A stretch of DNA of 57,257 nucleotides from an uncultured Clostridium sp. (GCA_948437895.1 CAOJKK010000005.1:1-57257), one strand, 5' to 3'; shown: positions 1-10,493, counted from the first letter of the stretch. The notes: generated by a model not told the origin, from the sequence alone. Numbers and translations: made by a program.

Positions 1-26
1 GAGTGATGACACATATCTTTTTTTAT

Positions 27-58
27 GCAAAAAAACAGAGCAGGTGATGAACTGCCCT
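27..58 (-). terminator. Rho-independent terminator of the small-peptide transcript
   Basis: Minus strand reads CAGGGCAG-TTCATCAC-CTGCTCTG followed by T7, just downstream of the 69..164 ORF. Confidence 0.7.
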
Positions 59-68
59 GAACTGAAAA

Positions 69-164
69 TCAGTTTTTGTTTGTGTTGGTTTTATATGTAT
101 TCAATTCTTCTTCCAACTTTTCAATTTTCTGAAGTAAAATCCATATAAGCATGAAGCTAGTCAT
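69..164 (-). CDS. 31-aa peptide MTSFMLIWILLQKIEKLEEELNTYKTNTNKN, type I toxin-like; not in the ORF track
   Basis: AGGAGGTG Shine-Dalgarno upstream, own sigma-A promoter and terminator, hydrophobic N-terminus with a charged tail. Confidence 0.55.
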   Translation of the reverse strand: MTSFMLIWILLQKIEKLEEELNTYKTNTNKN

Positions 165-218
165 AGTTTCACAACACCTCCTCTCCTAAAAGATTTCCTT
201 TGAGAAAAGGATGATTTT

Positions 219-247
219 ATTATATAGAATACTTATATGAAAATCAA
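219..247 (-). promoter_or_regulatory. Sigma-A promoter for the 31-aa peptide
   Basis: TTGATT (242-247), 17-bp spacer, TATAAT (219-224) on the minus strand. Confidence 0.7.
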
Positions 248-306
248 TCATATTTTACATTTTTTTCCATCGTTTTATAGATAAATAATAATTGTACTGG
301 TGGCAC

Positions 307-382
307 GGACAAATTTTGGACAAGTACGCCCATTTTTAACAAAATAAAAAGGCCTTCAATTCCTTGAAAGTCTTGATATTAC
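307..382. mobile_element. Probable att-proximal end of an integrative element at the tRNA-Gln 3' end
   Basis: GGACAA direct repeats at 307-312 and 318-323 (11-bp period, like integrase arm sites) and an imperfect hairpin at about 349-374, directly beyond the tRNA CCA end. No integrase in the window. Confidence 0.45.
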
Positions 383-457
383 TGGCTGGGGTGGTAGGAT
401 TCGAACCTACGCATGTCGGAGTCAGAGTCCGATGCCTTACCACTTGGCGACACCCCA
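383..457 (-). tRNA. tRNA-Gln(CTG)
   Basis: 75 nt, TGGGGTGTCGCCAAGTGGTAAGGCA...GTTCGAATCC...CCA. Anticodon stem TCGGA/TCCGA with 7-nt loop CTCTGAC. Confidence 0.97.
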
Positions 458-469
458 ATGTCTAATGTA

Positions 470-523
470 AGGGGACACAGCTTACCTTTAAGTCACTTCC
501 ACTTTGGAGGAGCTATGTCCCCT
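470..523. repeat. REP-like inverted repeat (GGGGACA family)
   Basis: AGGGGACACAGCT ... AGCTATGTCCCCT, 13-bp arms with one mismatch. Confidence 0.65.
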
Positions 524-571
524 ACTTATGAATTAGTGATGTCAGTTTTCTGATTCCATCCCCTTTAAATT

Positions 572-1489
572 TTACTTAAGAAATCCTTTTATTATTTGTT
601 CTTCTGCTTCTTTTTCGCTTAATCCTAATGTCATTAATTTTGTTAATTGTTCACCTGCTATTTTTCCTATTGCTGCTTCATGTATTAGATTTGCTTCTAC
701 ACTATTTGCTATTATTTCAGGTATAGCAATAACTTTAGCATTATCTTTTATTATTGCATCACATTCAACATGTCCAAAGCATTTAGAATTACCTATAACA
801 TTTGACTTAAATTCCTGTACTGAATTATCAACTGCTACTGACCTAGAAGTTACATGTGTACTTGCGTTTTCTCCATTAAGTTCTACTTCAAATTCTGTTT
901 TTGCAATTTGCTTTCCATGTGTCATTATCTTTTCAGAAACAACAAAATTAGTATTGTCTTCTAAAACTCCTTTAGTAACTCTTATTGTTGAATCCACTCC
1001 TTTAATTTGTGTACTTTCCATTTCTAAGGAACTTCCACTTTTTAAATGTACCTCAGTTACAGGATTTAGAACCCTTTTTCCTGTTCCTTCACCTTCTCCA
1101 TAATGTTTTTCTATGTATTTAACTTTTGCCCCTTCTTCTAAGAAGAATCTGTGTATTCCATCATGCCTAGAGTCCTCATGATGGTCGTTATGAATTCCAC
1201 ATCCTGCAATTATTACTACATTTGCATTCTTACCAATATAGAAATCATTATATACAACATCATTTAATCCACTTTCTGTTATTATAACAGGAATATGAAC
1301 AAATTCAAATTTAGTATTTTCTTTTACAAATATATCAATTCCTTGTTTGTCTGTTTTTGTTACTATATTTATATTTTCTGTAATTTGTCTTTCTATGCCT
1401 TTACCATTCTTTCTAATATTATATGCACCTTTAGGAGTTCCTTCTAAATCTGATATTTCTTTTAATAATTCTTTATCTATACTATCCAT
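572..1489 (-). CDS. SufB/SufD-family Fe-S scaffold (short, SmsB-like)
   Basis: Beta-helix repeats plus VECDAII and IHEAAIGKI motifs of the SufBD family; coupled to a SufC-like ATPase. Confidence 0.85.
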   Translation of the reverse strand: MDSIDKELLKEISDLEGTPKGAYNIRKNGKGIERQITENINIVTKTDKQGIDIFVKENTKFEFVHIPVIITESGLNDVVYNDFYIGKNANVVIIAGCGIHNDHHEDSRHDGIHRFFLEEGAKVKYIEKHYGEGEGTGKRVLNPVTEVHLKSGSSLEMESTQIKGVDSTIRVTKGVLEDNTNFVVSEKIMTHGKQIAKTEFEVELNGENASTHVTSRSVAVDNSVQEFKSNVIGNSKCFGHVECDAIIKDNAKVIAIPEIIANSVEANLIHEAAIGKIAGEQLTKLMTLGLSEKEAEEQIIKGFLK

Positions 1490-2204
1490 TGTTATTTCCT
1501 CCTATTCTGCAACATCCTTTTTTCTCTGTTTTCATAATAGAATCCATAACTTCGTCTTTTTTTCCTATCTTCTCTATCTTGCCATTATTTAATAGTATTA
1601 TTTCATCTGCAATATTTAAAATTTTCTCTTGATGAGAAATTATTAAAATTGTTCCTTTTATAACATCTCTCATATCTTCAAATATATTTATCAAATTGTT
1701 AAAGCTCCATAAATCAATACCTGCCTCTGGTTCATCAAATATTGTAAGTTTAGCATTCCTTAAAGCAACTGATGCTATTTCTATTCTTTTTAATTCTCCT
1801 CCTGATAAAGAACCATTTACTTCTCTATCTACATATTCTTTTGCACATAAACCTACTTTTGATAATATGTCACAAGCTTCTTTTCTATTTATATCTTTTT
1901 CAGCTGATAACTTCAATAAATCATAAACAGTAATTCCTTTAAATTTAACAGGTTGCTGAAAAGCAAATCCTATTCCTGATTTTGCTCTTTTATCTATTCC
2001 ATCTTTTGAAATGTCTTGTCCATCTAAAATAACTTGTCCTTCATCTTGATTTTCTATTCCCATTATTATTTTAGCAAGTGTCGATTTTCCTGAGCCATTT
2101 GGACCTGTTATTACAATGAATTTGTCATCATCCATTTTTATATTTATATCATCTAATATTTTTTTATTATCTCTAGTAAAACATATATTTTTTAATTCTA
2201 GCAT
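1482..2204 (-). CDS. sufC: SufC-like ABC ATPase
   Basis: Walker A GPNGSGKST, LSGGE signature, FDEPEAGID; overlaps the SufBD gene. Confidence 0.8.
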   Translation of the reverse strand: MLELKNICFTRDNKKILDDINIKMDDDKFIVITGPNGSGKSTLAKIIMGIENQDEGQVILDGQDISKDGIDKRAKSGIGFAFQQPVKFKGITVYDLLKLSAEKDINRKEACDILSKVGLCAKEYVDREVNGSLSGGELKRIEIASVALRNAKLTIFDEPEAGIDLWSFNNLINIFEDMRDVIKGTILIISHQEKILNIADEIILLNNGKIEKIGKKDEVMDSIMKTEKKGCCRIGGNNNG

Positions 2205-2348
2205 TCATTTTTCCTTTCCTTATTATGCTTAATCCTTATATATGATAACACTTTTATCAAAACAATTCAAGATTTTAGGTATAGTAAATTATATGAAAGC
2301 TACAAAAAAACACTTTGAAAATGTCAAAGTGCTTTTTGTTATAATATT

Positions 2349-3347
2349 CTATTTCATTGCTTCTTCTACTGCTACTGCAACTGCAACTGTTGCACCAACC
2401 ATTGGGTTGTTACCCATTCCTATTAATCCCATCATTTCAACATGGGCTGGAACTGAACTTGAACCTGCAAATTGTGCATCTGAATGCATTCTTCCCATTG
2501 TATCTGTCATTCCATAAGAAGCTGGACCTGCAGCCATATTGTCTGGATGAAGAGTTCTACCTGTTCCTCCACCTGATGCTACTGAGAAATATTTTTTACC
2601 TAATTCTATACATTCTTTTTTGTATGTACCTGCAACTGGATGTTGGAATCTTGTAGGGTTTGTAGAGTTACCTGTTATTGATACGTCCACTCCCTCTAAG
2701 TGCATTATTGCTACACCTTCTCTAACATCATTTGCTCCATAACATCTAACTTTTGATCTTTCTCCATCAGAATAAGCTTTTTCTTCTACTATATTTACTT
2801 TTCCTGTAAAGAAATCAAAATCTGTTTTTACATATGTAAATCCATTAATTCTTGATATTACTTGAGCTGCATCTTTTCCTAAACCATTTAATATTACTCT
2901 TAATGGTTCTTTTCTTACTTTGTTTGCAGATTTTGCAATACCTATTGCTCCTTCTGCTGCTGCAAAAGATTCATGTCCTGCTAAGAATGCAAAACATTTT
3001 GTTTCTTCTGATAAAAGCATTGATGCTAAGTTTCCATGTCCTAAACCAACTTTTCTATCATCTGCAACTGAACCTGGTATACAAAATGCTTGAAGTCCTT
3101 CACCTATTGCTTTTGCTGCATCTGCTGCTTTTGTGCAACCTTTTTTTATTGCTATTGCTGCACCTAAAGTATATGCCCAACATGCATTTTCAAAACATAT
3201 TGGTTGTATTTCTTTTGTTATATCATAAGGATTAAATCCTTTTTCTTTACATATTGCCATAGCATCTTCAAAATCTTTTATTCCGTATTTTTCCATTACT
3301 GGTTTTATCTGGTCAATTCTTCTTTCATAACTTTCAAATAGTGCCAT
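2349..3347 (-). CDS. GGGtGRT family protein
   Basis: SGGGTGRTLHPDN motif, ALFESYERRI N-terminus. Confidence 0.9.
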   Translation of the reverse strand: MALFESYERRIDQIKPVMEKYGIKDFEDAMAICKEKGFNPYDITKEIQPICFENACWAYTLGAAIAIKKGCTKAADAAKAIGEGLQAFCIPGSVADDRKVGLGHGNLASMLLSEETKCFAFLAGHESFAAAEGAIGIAKSANKVRKEPLRVILNGLGKDAAQVISRINGFTYVKTDFDFFTGKVNIVEEKAYSDGERSKVRCYGANDVREGVAIMHLEGVDVSITGNSTNPTRFQHPVAGTYKKECIELGKKYFSVASGGGTGRTLHPDNMAAGPASYGMTDTMGRMHSDAQFAGSSSVPAHVEMMGLIGMGNNPMVGATVAVAVAVEEAMK

Positions 3348-3352
3348 CTTTA

Positions 3353-4045
3353 TTACTCCTTTCTTGGGTCAATTGTTTTAACTGCTTCATCAAATCTTCC
3401 ATATTGACCACTTGCTTTTTCTATTGCTTCTAAAGGTTCTAATCCTTTTTTAATATTTTCCATCATTTTTCCTAAGTTTACGTATTTATATCCTATAATT
3501 TCATTATCTTTGTCTAATCCAATTTCTGTTATGTACCCTTCTGCAAGTTCTAAGTATCTTGGTCCTTTTGATAATGTAGAATAAATTGTTCCTGTTTGAC
3601 TTCTTGTTCCTTTTCCTAAGTCCTCAAGACCTGCTCCTACTGGAAGTCCTCCTTCTGAAAATGCAGATTGTGTTCTTCCATATACTATTTGTAAGAACAA
3701 TTCTCTCATTGCAGTATTTATAGCATCACAAACTAAGTCTGTATTTAATGCTTCAAGTATTGTTTTTCCTACTAATATTTCTCCTGCCATTGCTGCTGAG
3801 TGTGTCATTCCACTACATCCTATTGTTTCTACTAATGCTTCTTGAATAATACCTTCTTTTACATTTAATGTTAATTTACATGCTCCTTGTTGGGGTGCAC
3901 ACCATCCTATTCCATGTGTTAATCCTGAAATATCTTTAATTTCTTTTGATTTTACCCATTTACCTTCTTCTGGTATTGGTGCTGGTCCATGGTCCACTCC
4001 TTTTGCTACTGGACACATTTCTTCTACTTCTTTTGAATAAATCAT
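3353..4045 (-). CDS. NifU/IscU-like Fe-S scaffold, usual partner of GGGtGRT
   Basis: WCAPQQGAC, GCSGMTHS and LVCDAIN cysteine motifs. Confidence 0.8.
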   Translation of the reverse strand: MIYSKEVEEMCPVAKGVDHGPAPIPEEGKWVKSKEIKDISGLTHGIGWCAPQQGACKLTLNVKEGIIQEALVETIGCSGMTHSAAMAGEILVGKTILEALNTDLVCDAINTAMRELFLQIVYGRTQSAFSEGGLPVGAGLEDLGKGTRSQTGTIYSTLSKGPRYLELAEGYITEIGLDKDNEIIGYKYVNLGKMMENIKKGLEPLEAIEKASGQYGRFDEAVKTIDPRKE

Positions 4046-4146
4046 TTAAATTCTCCTTTCATTGTTTTGTAAAATAATGTATATATTTTAAAATTAATAT
4101 CTATAACTATTTATATTCTTCTCTCTTTTGTTTTAATACCATTATT

Positions 4147-5673
4147 CTATTTTTCTAATAAAGACTCACCTGTCATTTCTTCTGGTTTTTCTATTCCCAT
4201 TATATCAAGCATTGTTGGAATTAAATCTGCAAGTCTTCCTTCTTTTAATTTTGCATCTTTTCCTACTAATACTAAAGGAACTACATTAGTTGTATGTGCT
4301 GTGTGTGGTTCTCCTGTACTGTAATCTATCATCTGTTCTGAATTCCCATGGTCTGCTGTAATCAATAATACTCCATCATTATTTCCAACTGCTTCTAATA
4401 CTCTTCCTACACATTCATCTATTACTTCTAAGGCTTTTACTGCAGCATCTAAGTTTCCAGTATGCCCTACCATATCTGGATTTGCATAGTTTAATATTAT
4501 TGAATCATATTTCTTCGAATTTATTGCTTCTACAACATTATCTGTTACTTCGTAAGCACTCATTTCTGGTTTTAAATCATATGTTTCTACTTTAGGTGAT
4601 GGAATTAAAATTCTGTCTTCACCTGGATATTGTTTTTCTTCTCCTCCATTGAAGAAGAATGTAACATGTGCATATTTTTCTGTTTCTGCAATTCTAAGCT
4701 GTGTCATGCCTTTTTTACCTAATATTTCTCCAAATGTATTTTTTATTTCATCTTTCTTAAATGCTATATGAACATTTTCAATTGTTTCATCATAGTTCGT
4801 AAAACATACATAATATACAGGGAAATACTCTCTTTCAAATCCATCAAAGTTTTTATCTACTATTGCTCTTGTTATCTCTCTTGCTCTATCTGGTCTAAAG
4901 TTAAAGAATATTACTGAATCATTTTCTGAAACCCTCGCAACTGGTTCTCCATTATTGCAGATTAATGTTGGCATTACAAATTCATCAAAGACTTCTTTTT
5001 GGTATGATTTTTCTATTGCTATTGTTGCTGATGTTTCTTTTTCTCCTTCTCCATTTACAATTGCATCATACGCTTTTTGCACTCTTTCCCATCTTTTATC
5101 TCTGTCCATGCTATAGAATCTACCAGTGATACTTGCAATTTTACCTACACCTTTTTCTTCCATTTTCTTTTCTAGCTCTGTAATATAGTTTTCAGCAGAT
5201 GCTGGCGGTGTATCTCTTCCATCTAAGAAACAATGTACATATACATCTTCAAAATCCTTTCTTTTTGCAAGTTCTAGTAGAGCATATAAATGACGAATAT
5301 GGCTATGTACTCCTCCATCTGATAATAATCCCATTATATGTAATTTTGAATTATTTTTCTTACAATTGTCTATTGCTCCAACTAATTCTGGGATGCTAAA
5401 GAAATCTCCATCTTCAATTGATTTTGTTATTCTTGTTAGTTCTTGATAAACAATTCTTCCAGCTCCTATATTTGTATGTCCTACTTCTGAGTTACCCATT
5501 TGTCCCTCTGGAAGTCCTACATCTAATCCACTTGTTTTTATAAGTGTTGTAGGATTTTGTTTCATTAGTTTATCAATTACTGGTGTATTTGCTATTTTTA
5601 CTGCATTTCCTTCTTCTTTATCGTTTACTCCAAATCCATCTAATATCATAAGCATTGTTAATTTTTTATCCAT
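4147..5673 (-). CDS. gpmI: 2,3-bisphosphoglycerate-independent phosphoglycerate mutase
   Basis: [22 protein letters not shown] and TADHGN motifs; start moved to MDKK. Confidence 0.97.
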   Translation of the reverse strand: MDKKLTMLMILDGFGVNDKEEGNAVKIANTPVIDKLMKQNPTTLIKTSGLDVGLPEGQMGNSEVGHTNIGAGRIVYQELTRITKSIEDGDFFSIPELVGAIDNCKKNNSKLHIMGLLSDGGVHSHIRHLYALLELAKRKDFEDVYVHCFLDGRDTPPASAENYITELEKKMEEKGVGKIASITGRFYSMDRDKRWERVQKAYDAIVNGEGEKETSATIAIEKSYQKEVFDEFVMPTLICNNGEPVARVSENDSVIFFNFRPDRAREITRAIVDKNFDGFEREYFPVYYVCFTNYDETIENVHIAFKKDEIKNTFGEILGKKGMTQLRIAETEKYAHVTFFFNGGEEKQYPGEDRILIPSPKVETYDLKPEMSAYEVTDNVVEAINSKKYDSIILNYANPDMVGHTGNLDAAVKALEVIDECVGRVLEAVGNNDGVLLITADHGNSEQMIDYSTGEPHTAHTTNVVPLVLVGKDAKLKEGRLADLIPTMLDIMGIEKPEEMTGESLLEK

Positions 5674-6280
5674 AATTATATCTTTCCTCATCTTCCTTTA
5701 GTAAATTCTGATTATTTTTAAATGTTTCTTCTAGTGATATTTCTAATCCTTTAAAAATACTAGATTCTATTTTTTCTTTTATCTTATATGATTTAGGAAA
5801 ATTAAATAAATTCCCTTCATTTAATTCACATATAAGTATCATACCATTTTCTATATCTATTATCCAATATTCTCTTACTCCAAATCTCTGATATAAATTC
5901 ATTTTATATATTAAATCATGATATCTATTGCTTTTAGACAGTATCTCTATCACAAGATCTGGAGCTCCGTCTATTCCATTTTCTTTTATTTTATCTTCAT
6001 CACAAACTACTAATAGATCTGGCTGTACAACATTTTTAGATTTCTTTCCCTTTCCATCTAACCTTATATCTAATGGTGCAACAAATGGTACACATTTTTT
6101 GTCTTTAAAAAATCCGCTAAATTGTACCATTAGATCCGCTAAAACAGCCTGATGTTTTGTTGATGGTGCACTCATTAAAGTTAATCTTCCATCATATATT
6201 TCATATCTATTATTGTCATCAATTTTTTCTAAATCCTTATATGTATATTCTTTTGCATCTTTATATGCTAAATTCTCCAT
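5666..6280 (-). CDS. Uma2-family (PD-(D/E)XK) putative endonuclease
   Basis: [20 protein letters not shown] and GVREYWII motifs; GGAGG RBS before MENL. Confidence 0.88.
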   Translation of the reverse strand: MENLAYKDAKEYTYKDLEKIDDNNRYEIYDGRLTLMSAPSTKHQAVLADLMVQFSGFFKDKKCVPFVAPLDIRLDGKGKKSKNVVQPDLLVVCDEDKIKENGIDGAPDLVIEILSKSNRYHDLIYKMNLYQRFGVREYWIIDIENGMILICELNEGNLFNFPKSYKIKEKIESSIFKGLEISLEETFKNNQNLLKEDEERYNYG

Positions 6281-6343
6281 ATATTTTTCCTCCATATTTT
6301 AAATTTAGCCCCCTTTCAAAATTCATAAAATGAATTTTGAATT

Positions 6344-7096
6344 TTATTTGTTATAGTTTACTATTTTTGCAAATTCATCAGCTTTTAGACTTGCTCCTCC
6401 TACTAGTCCTCCATCTATATCTGACATTTCAAATATTTCTTTTGCATTTGATGATTTTACACTTCCACCGTATTGTATTATAACATTATCTGATACATTT
6501 TTTCCATATATTTTTTCAATTTCTTCTCTAATCCATTTTATTGTTTCATTTGCATCTTCTTTTGTAGCAGTTTTACCTGTTCCTATTGCCCAAATTGGTT
6601 CATATGCAATTATTGTTTTAGTTACATCTTCATTTGATATTCCTTCTAACGCAAGTTTTGTCTGTGTTGTTACAATTTCTTTTGCTTTTCCAGATTCTCT
6701 CTCATCTAAACTTTCACCCACACATACAATCGGTTTTAATTCTAAGCTAAGTGCTTTCTTTAATTTTTTATTTACTGTCTCATCAGTTTCTCCATAATAT
6801 GCTCTTCTTTCTGAGTGTCCTATAATTACATATTCTACTCCTATTGATTTTAGCATTTCTCCTGAAACTTCACCAGTATATGCACCATTTTCTTCATAAT
6901 GCATATTTTGTGCTCCTATTTTAATATTTGTATCTTGAACATGTAGCAAACTATAGAATAAATCTGTGTATGGAACACATAATATAACTTCATTGTCTGT
7001 ATCTTTTACAAGTGGTGTAAGTTCTGTAATAAACTCCATAGCTTCATTTGGTAACTTGTTCATTTTCCAATTTCCTGCAATTACTTTTCTTCTCAT
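6344..7096 (-). CDS. tpiA: Triosephosphate isomerase
   Basis: AGNWKM, IGHSERR, AYEPIWAIGTG and YGGSVK motifs. Confidence 0.98.
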   Translation of the reverse strand: MRRKVIAGNWKMNKLPNEAMEFITELTPLVKDTDNEVILCVPYTDLFYSLLHVQDTNIKIGAQNMHYEENGAYTGEVSGEMLKSIGVEYVIIGHSERRAYYGETDETVNKKLKKALSLELKPIVCVGESLDERESGKAKEIVTTQTKLALEGISNEDVTKTIIAYEPIWAIGTGKTATKEDANETIKWIREEIEKIYGKNVSDNVIIQYGGSVKSSNAKEIFEMSDIDGGLVGGASLKADEFAKIVNYNK

Positions 7097-7119
7097 AAAT
7101 AAACCTCCATTTGAGCAAT

Positions 7120-7671
7120 TTATGCTCTATTATTTTTTATTTTCTCTTCTACTATACTAATTATTTCGTCTATATATTCTTCATTTGAAAAAGCTATATC
7201 TTTATCTCTTGATTTTACTTTGTCTTTTATTTCTTGAACTTCAAAGAACCTTACTTCTGTTAATTCTTCCTCTTGTACCACAAATTCACTTTCTCTTTTA
7301 TCTGTTATCCAAAAATAAGTATATTGGAATGCTCTATTGTATAAATTATTATTAAATTTTATATCTCTTACAGCTGTTTTTATAAATTCTAATTCATCAA
7401 TAGAAATATCCACTCCAATTTCTTCTTTCATTTCTCTTACTATTGCATTTTCAGGTATATCTCCTGCTTCTATATGACCAGCACAAAGACCCCACTTGTT
7501 AGGTGATTGTTTCTTAGTAGGAGCTCTTTTTTCTAATAGCATTTTCCCTTCTTTGTTTACAATTATAACAGCAACTTCTCTATGCCAAAGTCCCATTTCA
7601 TGTACTATTTCTCTTTCAACTATATCTCCTGTTAATTCGTTATTTTCGTTTACTACATCTAATAGTTCCAT
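7120..7671 (-). CDS. NUDIX hydrolase (IDI-like)
   Basis: Nudix box GHIEAGD...REMKEEIG; LWHREV. Confidence 0.85.
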   Translation of the reverse strand: MELLDVVNENNELTGDIVEREIVHEMGLWHREVAVIIVNKEGKMLLEKRAPTKKQSPNKWGLCAGHIEAGDIPENAIVREMKEEIGVDISIDELEFIKTAVRDIKFNNNLYNRAFQYTYFWITDKRESEFVVQEEELTEVRFFEVQEIKDKVKSRDKDIAFSNEEYIDEIISIVEEKIKNNRA

Positions 7672-7689
7672 TTAAAAACTCCTTTATTG

Positions 7690-8877
7690 CTATTTGTTCT
7701 CTAAACAGTCAATTCCTGGAAGAACTTTTCCTTCTAAGAACTCAAGAGATGCTCCTCCACCTGTTGATATATGTGTCATTTTATCTGCTAAACCTAATTT
7801 TTCAATTGCAGCTGCTGAATCTCCTCCACCAATTATTGTTGTTGCATCTAATCCTGCTAAAATCTTTGCAACTTCATTTGTTCCATTTGCAAATGTATCA
7901 AATTCAAATACTCCTAGAGGTCCATTCCATACTACAGTTTTAGCATCTTTTAATACTTCCTTAAATCTCGCTATTGTTTTGCTACCAATGTCCATTCCCA
8001 TATATCCATCTGGAATTTCATTTGAGCTGACTTCTACATATTCTGAATCATTTGAAAATTCTTTTGCTACTTTGTTATCAACTGGTAATAATAGTGTTAC
8101 ACCTTTAGCTTCTGCTTTTTCTAAAATGCTTTTTGCTAAATCTAATTTATCTTCTTCACATATAGATGTACCTATATTAAATCCTTGAGCTTTAAAGAAA
8201 GTATATGCCATACCTCCACCTATTATCAATGTATCAACTTTATCTAATAAATTTTCTATTACACCAATTTTATCTGAAACTTTTGCTCCACCAAGTATTG
8301 ATATAAATGGTCTCTTAGGATTTTCTAAAGCTCCTCCTAGAAATTCTAGTTCTTTTTCAATTAAAAATCCGGAAACAGCTGGTAAATAATCTGCTACACC
8401 TGCTGTAGAACTATGTGCTCTATGTGATGTTCCAAAAGCATCATTTACATATACTTCTGCGAAGCTTGCAAGTTCTTTAGAAAACTCAGAATCATTTTTT
8501 TCTTCTTCTTTATGGAACCTAACATTTTCTAAAAGAACAACTTCTCCTTCTTTAATTTCTGATGTAAGTTTTTTTGAATCTTCACCTATAACGTCTTTTG
8601 AAAGTTTAACTTCTTTTCCTAATAATTTTGATAATTCTTCTGCTACTGGCTTTAATGAATATTTAGGATTTATTTCTCCTTTTGGTCTCCCTAAATGTGA
8701 GCAAAGTATAACTTTTGCATTGTTGTCCAATAAATATTTTATTGTAGGAAGTGCTGCCCTTATTCTTCTGTTATCTGTAATCTCTCCTGTTTCCTTATCT
8801 TGAGGCACATTGAAATCACATCTAACTAATACTTTTTTTCCTGATACATCAATATCTCTTATAGTTTTTTTATTCAT
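7690..8877 (-). CDS. pgk: Phosphoglycerate kinase
   Basis: [14 protein letters not shown] and STGGGASLE motifs; true start MNKK with GGAG RBS. Confidence 0.98.
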   Translation of the reverse strand: MNKKTIRDIDVSGKKVLVRCDFNVPQDKETGEITDNRRIRAALPTIKYLLDNNAKVILCSHLGRPKGEINPKYSLKPVAEELSKLLGKEVKLSKDVIGEDSKKLTSEIKEGEVVLLENVRFHKEEEKNDSEFSKELASFAEVYVNDAFGTSHRAHSSTAGVADYLPAVSGFLIEKELEFLGGALENPKRPFISILGGAKVSDKIGVIENLLDKVDTLIIGGGMAYTFFKAQGFNIGTSICEEDKLDLAKSILEKAEAKGVTLLLPVDNKVAKEFSNDSEYVEVSSNEIPDGYMGMDIGSKTIARFKEVLKDAKTVVWNGPLGVFEFDTFANGTNEVAKILAGLDATTIIGGGDSAAAIEKLGLADKMTHISTGGGASLEFLEGKVLPGIDCLENK

Positions 8878-8904
8878 ATTTTTCTCCTTTATATACAAAT
8901 AATA

Positions 8905-8955
8905 TAGGCCGCCAAGCCTGGCGACCCTACAATTGTAGGACAATATTCGCCCTAG
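8905..8955. repeat. GTAG-type REP doublet between gap and pgk
   Basis: Two back-to-back GTAG+hairpin units around the palindrome CCTACAATTGTAGG. Confidence 0.6.
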
Positions 8956-8963
8956 CAATTTAT

Positions 8964-9980
8964 TTATCCTAATTCTGCAAAATATTTTATTGTTCTTACC
9001 ATTTGACTTGTATATGAATTTTCATTATCATACCATGCAACTACTTGAACTTGATATAGTCCATTTCCTATTTCTGTTACCATTGTTTGTGTTGCATCAA
9101 ATAGAGATCCATATGTTATTCCTATAATATCAGAGGATACTAATGGTTCTTCTGTATATCCAAAAGATGCACTTTCTTGTTTTTTCATTGCTTCATTTAT
9201 TTTTTCTACTGTTATATCTTCACCTTTAACAACAGCTATTAATATTGTTGTTGAACCTGTTGGAACTGGAACTCTTTGAGCAGATCCTATTAATTTTCCA
9301 TTTAATTCTGGAATTACTAATCCAATTGCTTTTGCAGCTCCTGTTGAGTTAGGAACAATATTTACCGCTGCAGCTCTCGCTCTTCTTAAATCTGCTTTTC
9401 TGTGTGGTCCATCTAATAACATTTGATCACCTGTGTAAGCATGGACTGTTGTCATTATTCCTGATTGAATTGGTGTATAATCATTTAATGCTTTAACCAT
9501 AGGTGCTAAACAGTTAGTTGTACATGATGCTGCAGATATTATTTTTTCATCTGCTGTTAATATATTTTCGTTAACTCCAAAAACTACTGTTGGTAAGTCT
9601 TTTCCAGCTGGTGCTGAAATAACTACTTTTTTAGCTCCTGCTTTTATATGAGCTTCTGCTTTTTCTTTAGTTGTATAGAAACCTGTACATTCTAATACAA
9701 CATCTACATCTAATTCTCCCCAAGGTAAATCTGCTGCATCTTTTTCTGCATATATTTTTATTGTTTTTCCATCTACTGTTATTGAGTCTTCTCCTGCAAC
9801 TACAGTATCTGCTTTTTCATATCTTTTTTGAGCTGAATCATATTTTAATAAATGTGCAAGCATACTAGGGCTTGTTAAATCGTTAATTGCAACGATATCA
9901 TATCCTTCCGCTCCAAACATTTGTCTAAATGCAAGACGTCCTATGCGTCCAAAACCATTAATTGCTACTTTTACTGACAT
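8964..9980 (-). CDS. gap: Glyceraldehyde-3-phosphate dehydrogenase type I
   Basis: INGFGRIGR and [12 protein letters not shown] motifs; start at MSVKV. Confidence 0.98.
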   Translation of the reverse strand: MSVKVAINGFGRIGRLAFRQMFGAEGYDIVAINDLTSPSMLAHLLKYDSAQKRYEKADTVVAGEDSITVDGKTIKIYAEKDAADLPWGELDVDVVLECTGFYTTKEKAEAHIKAGAKKVVISAPAGKDLPTVVFGVNENILTADEKIISAASCTTNCLAPMVKALNDYTPIQSGIMTTVHAYTGDQMLLDGPHRKADLRRARAAAVNIVPNSTGAAKAIGLVIPELNGKLIGSAQRVPVPTGSTTILIAVVKGEDITVEKINEAMKKQESASFGYTEEPLVSSDIIGITYGSLFDATQTMVTEIGNGLYQVQVVAWYDNENSYTSQMVRTIKYFAELG

Positions 9981-10112
9981 AAAAATCCTCTCTTTCCGAT
10001 GCTTAAAAAGCATCTATATAATAATATATTTATTATTCTCAATTTAAATGTATTCTATAACAAAAGAGAACACAATTCAAGTGTTCTCTTTAATTATTTT
10101 ATTATTTATTTT

Positions 10113-10493
10113 CTAAAATACTCTTTTTCCTTTATAAGTAATTGGAACTTCTTGGAATAAAAAGTTTTTAACTGATTTCCATGTGATTTCTTGATGTAAA
10201 AATTCATTTATTTCATCTTCAATTTTTTGTTGGTATGGTGTTAATTCTACTTTCACTTCATAGAATAATACATTTTTAATTTTTGTCCATACACTTGGTT
10301 TTGCTGGTAAATTTGAACTAGCAACTCTAAATGTTGAACCTTCAGTTTCACTATTTGAAGCCGATTCTATTCCACCTAATCCCATTTCTTCTGAACTTAA
10401 ACTAGCACTTACTTTTTTTAATGCTTCTGCTATTCCTTTTACTGATTCATTTGCTACATTTTCTACTACGTTTTCATTTAATTTTTCTGACAT
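10113..10493 (-). CDS. Hypothetical protein with a duplicated W-x2/3-[IV]KN-x-LF-x-EV motif
   Basis: GGAGG RBS before MSEKL; hairpin AAAGAGAACAC/GTGTTCTCTTT downstream. Confidence 0.7.
   Translation of the reverse strand: MSEKLNENVVENVANESVKGIAEALKKVSASLSSEEMGLGGIESASNSETEGSTFRVASSNLPAKPSVWTKIKNVLFYEVKVELTPYQQKIEDEINEFLHQEITWKSVKNFLFQEVPITYKGKRVF

Noticed and set aside
383-457. tRNA-Gln as a frameshift-suppressor or CGG-reading tRNA
   Set aside because: It has a normal 5-bp stem, a 7-nt loop and a CTG anticodon.
9981-10013. In-frame CGG in the gap N-terminal extension
   Set aside because: It lies upstream of the conserved MSVKV start and is not coding. The pgk, recA, spoVS and mreB extensions in the ORF track were trimmed for the same reason.
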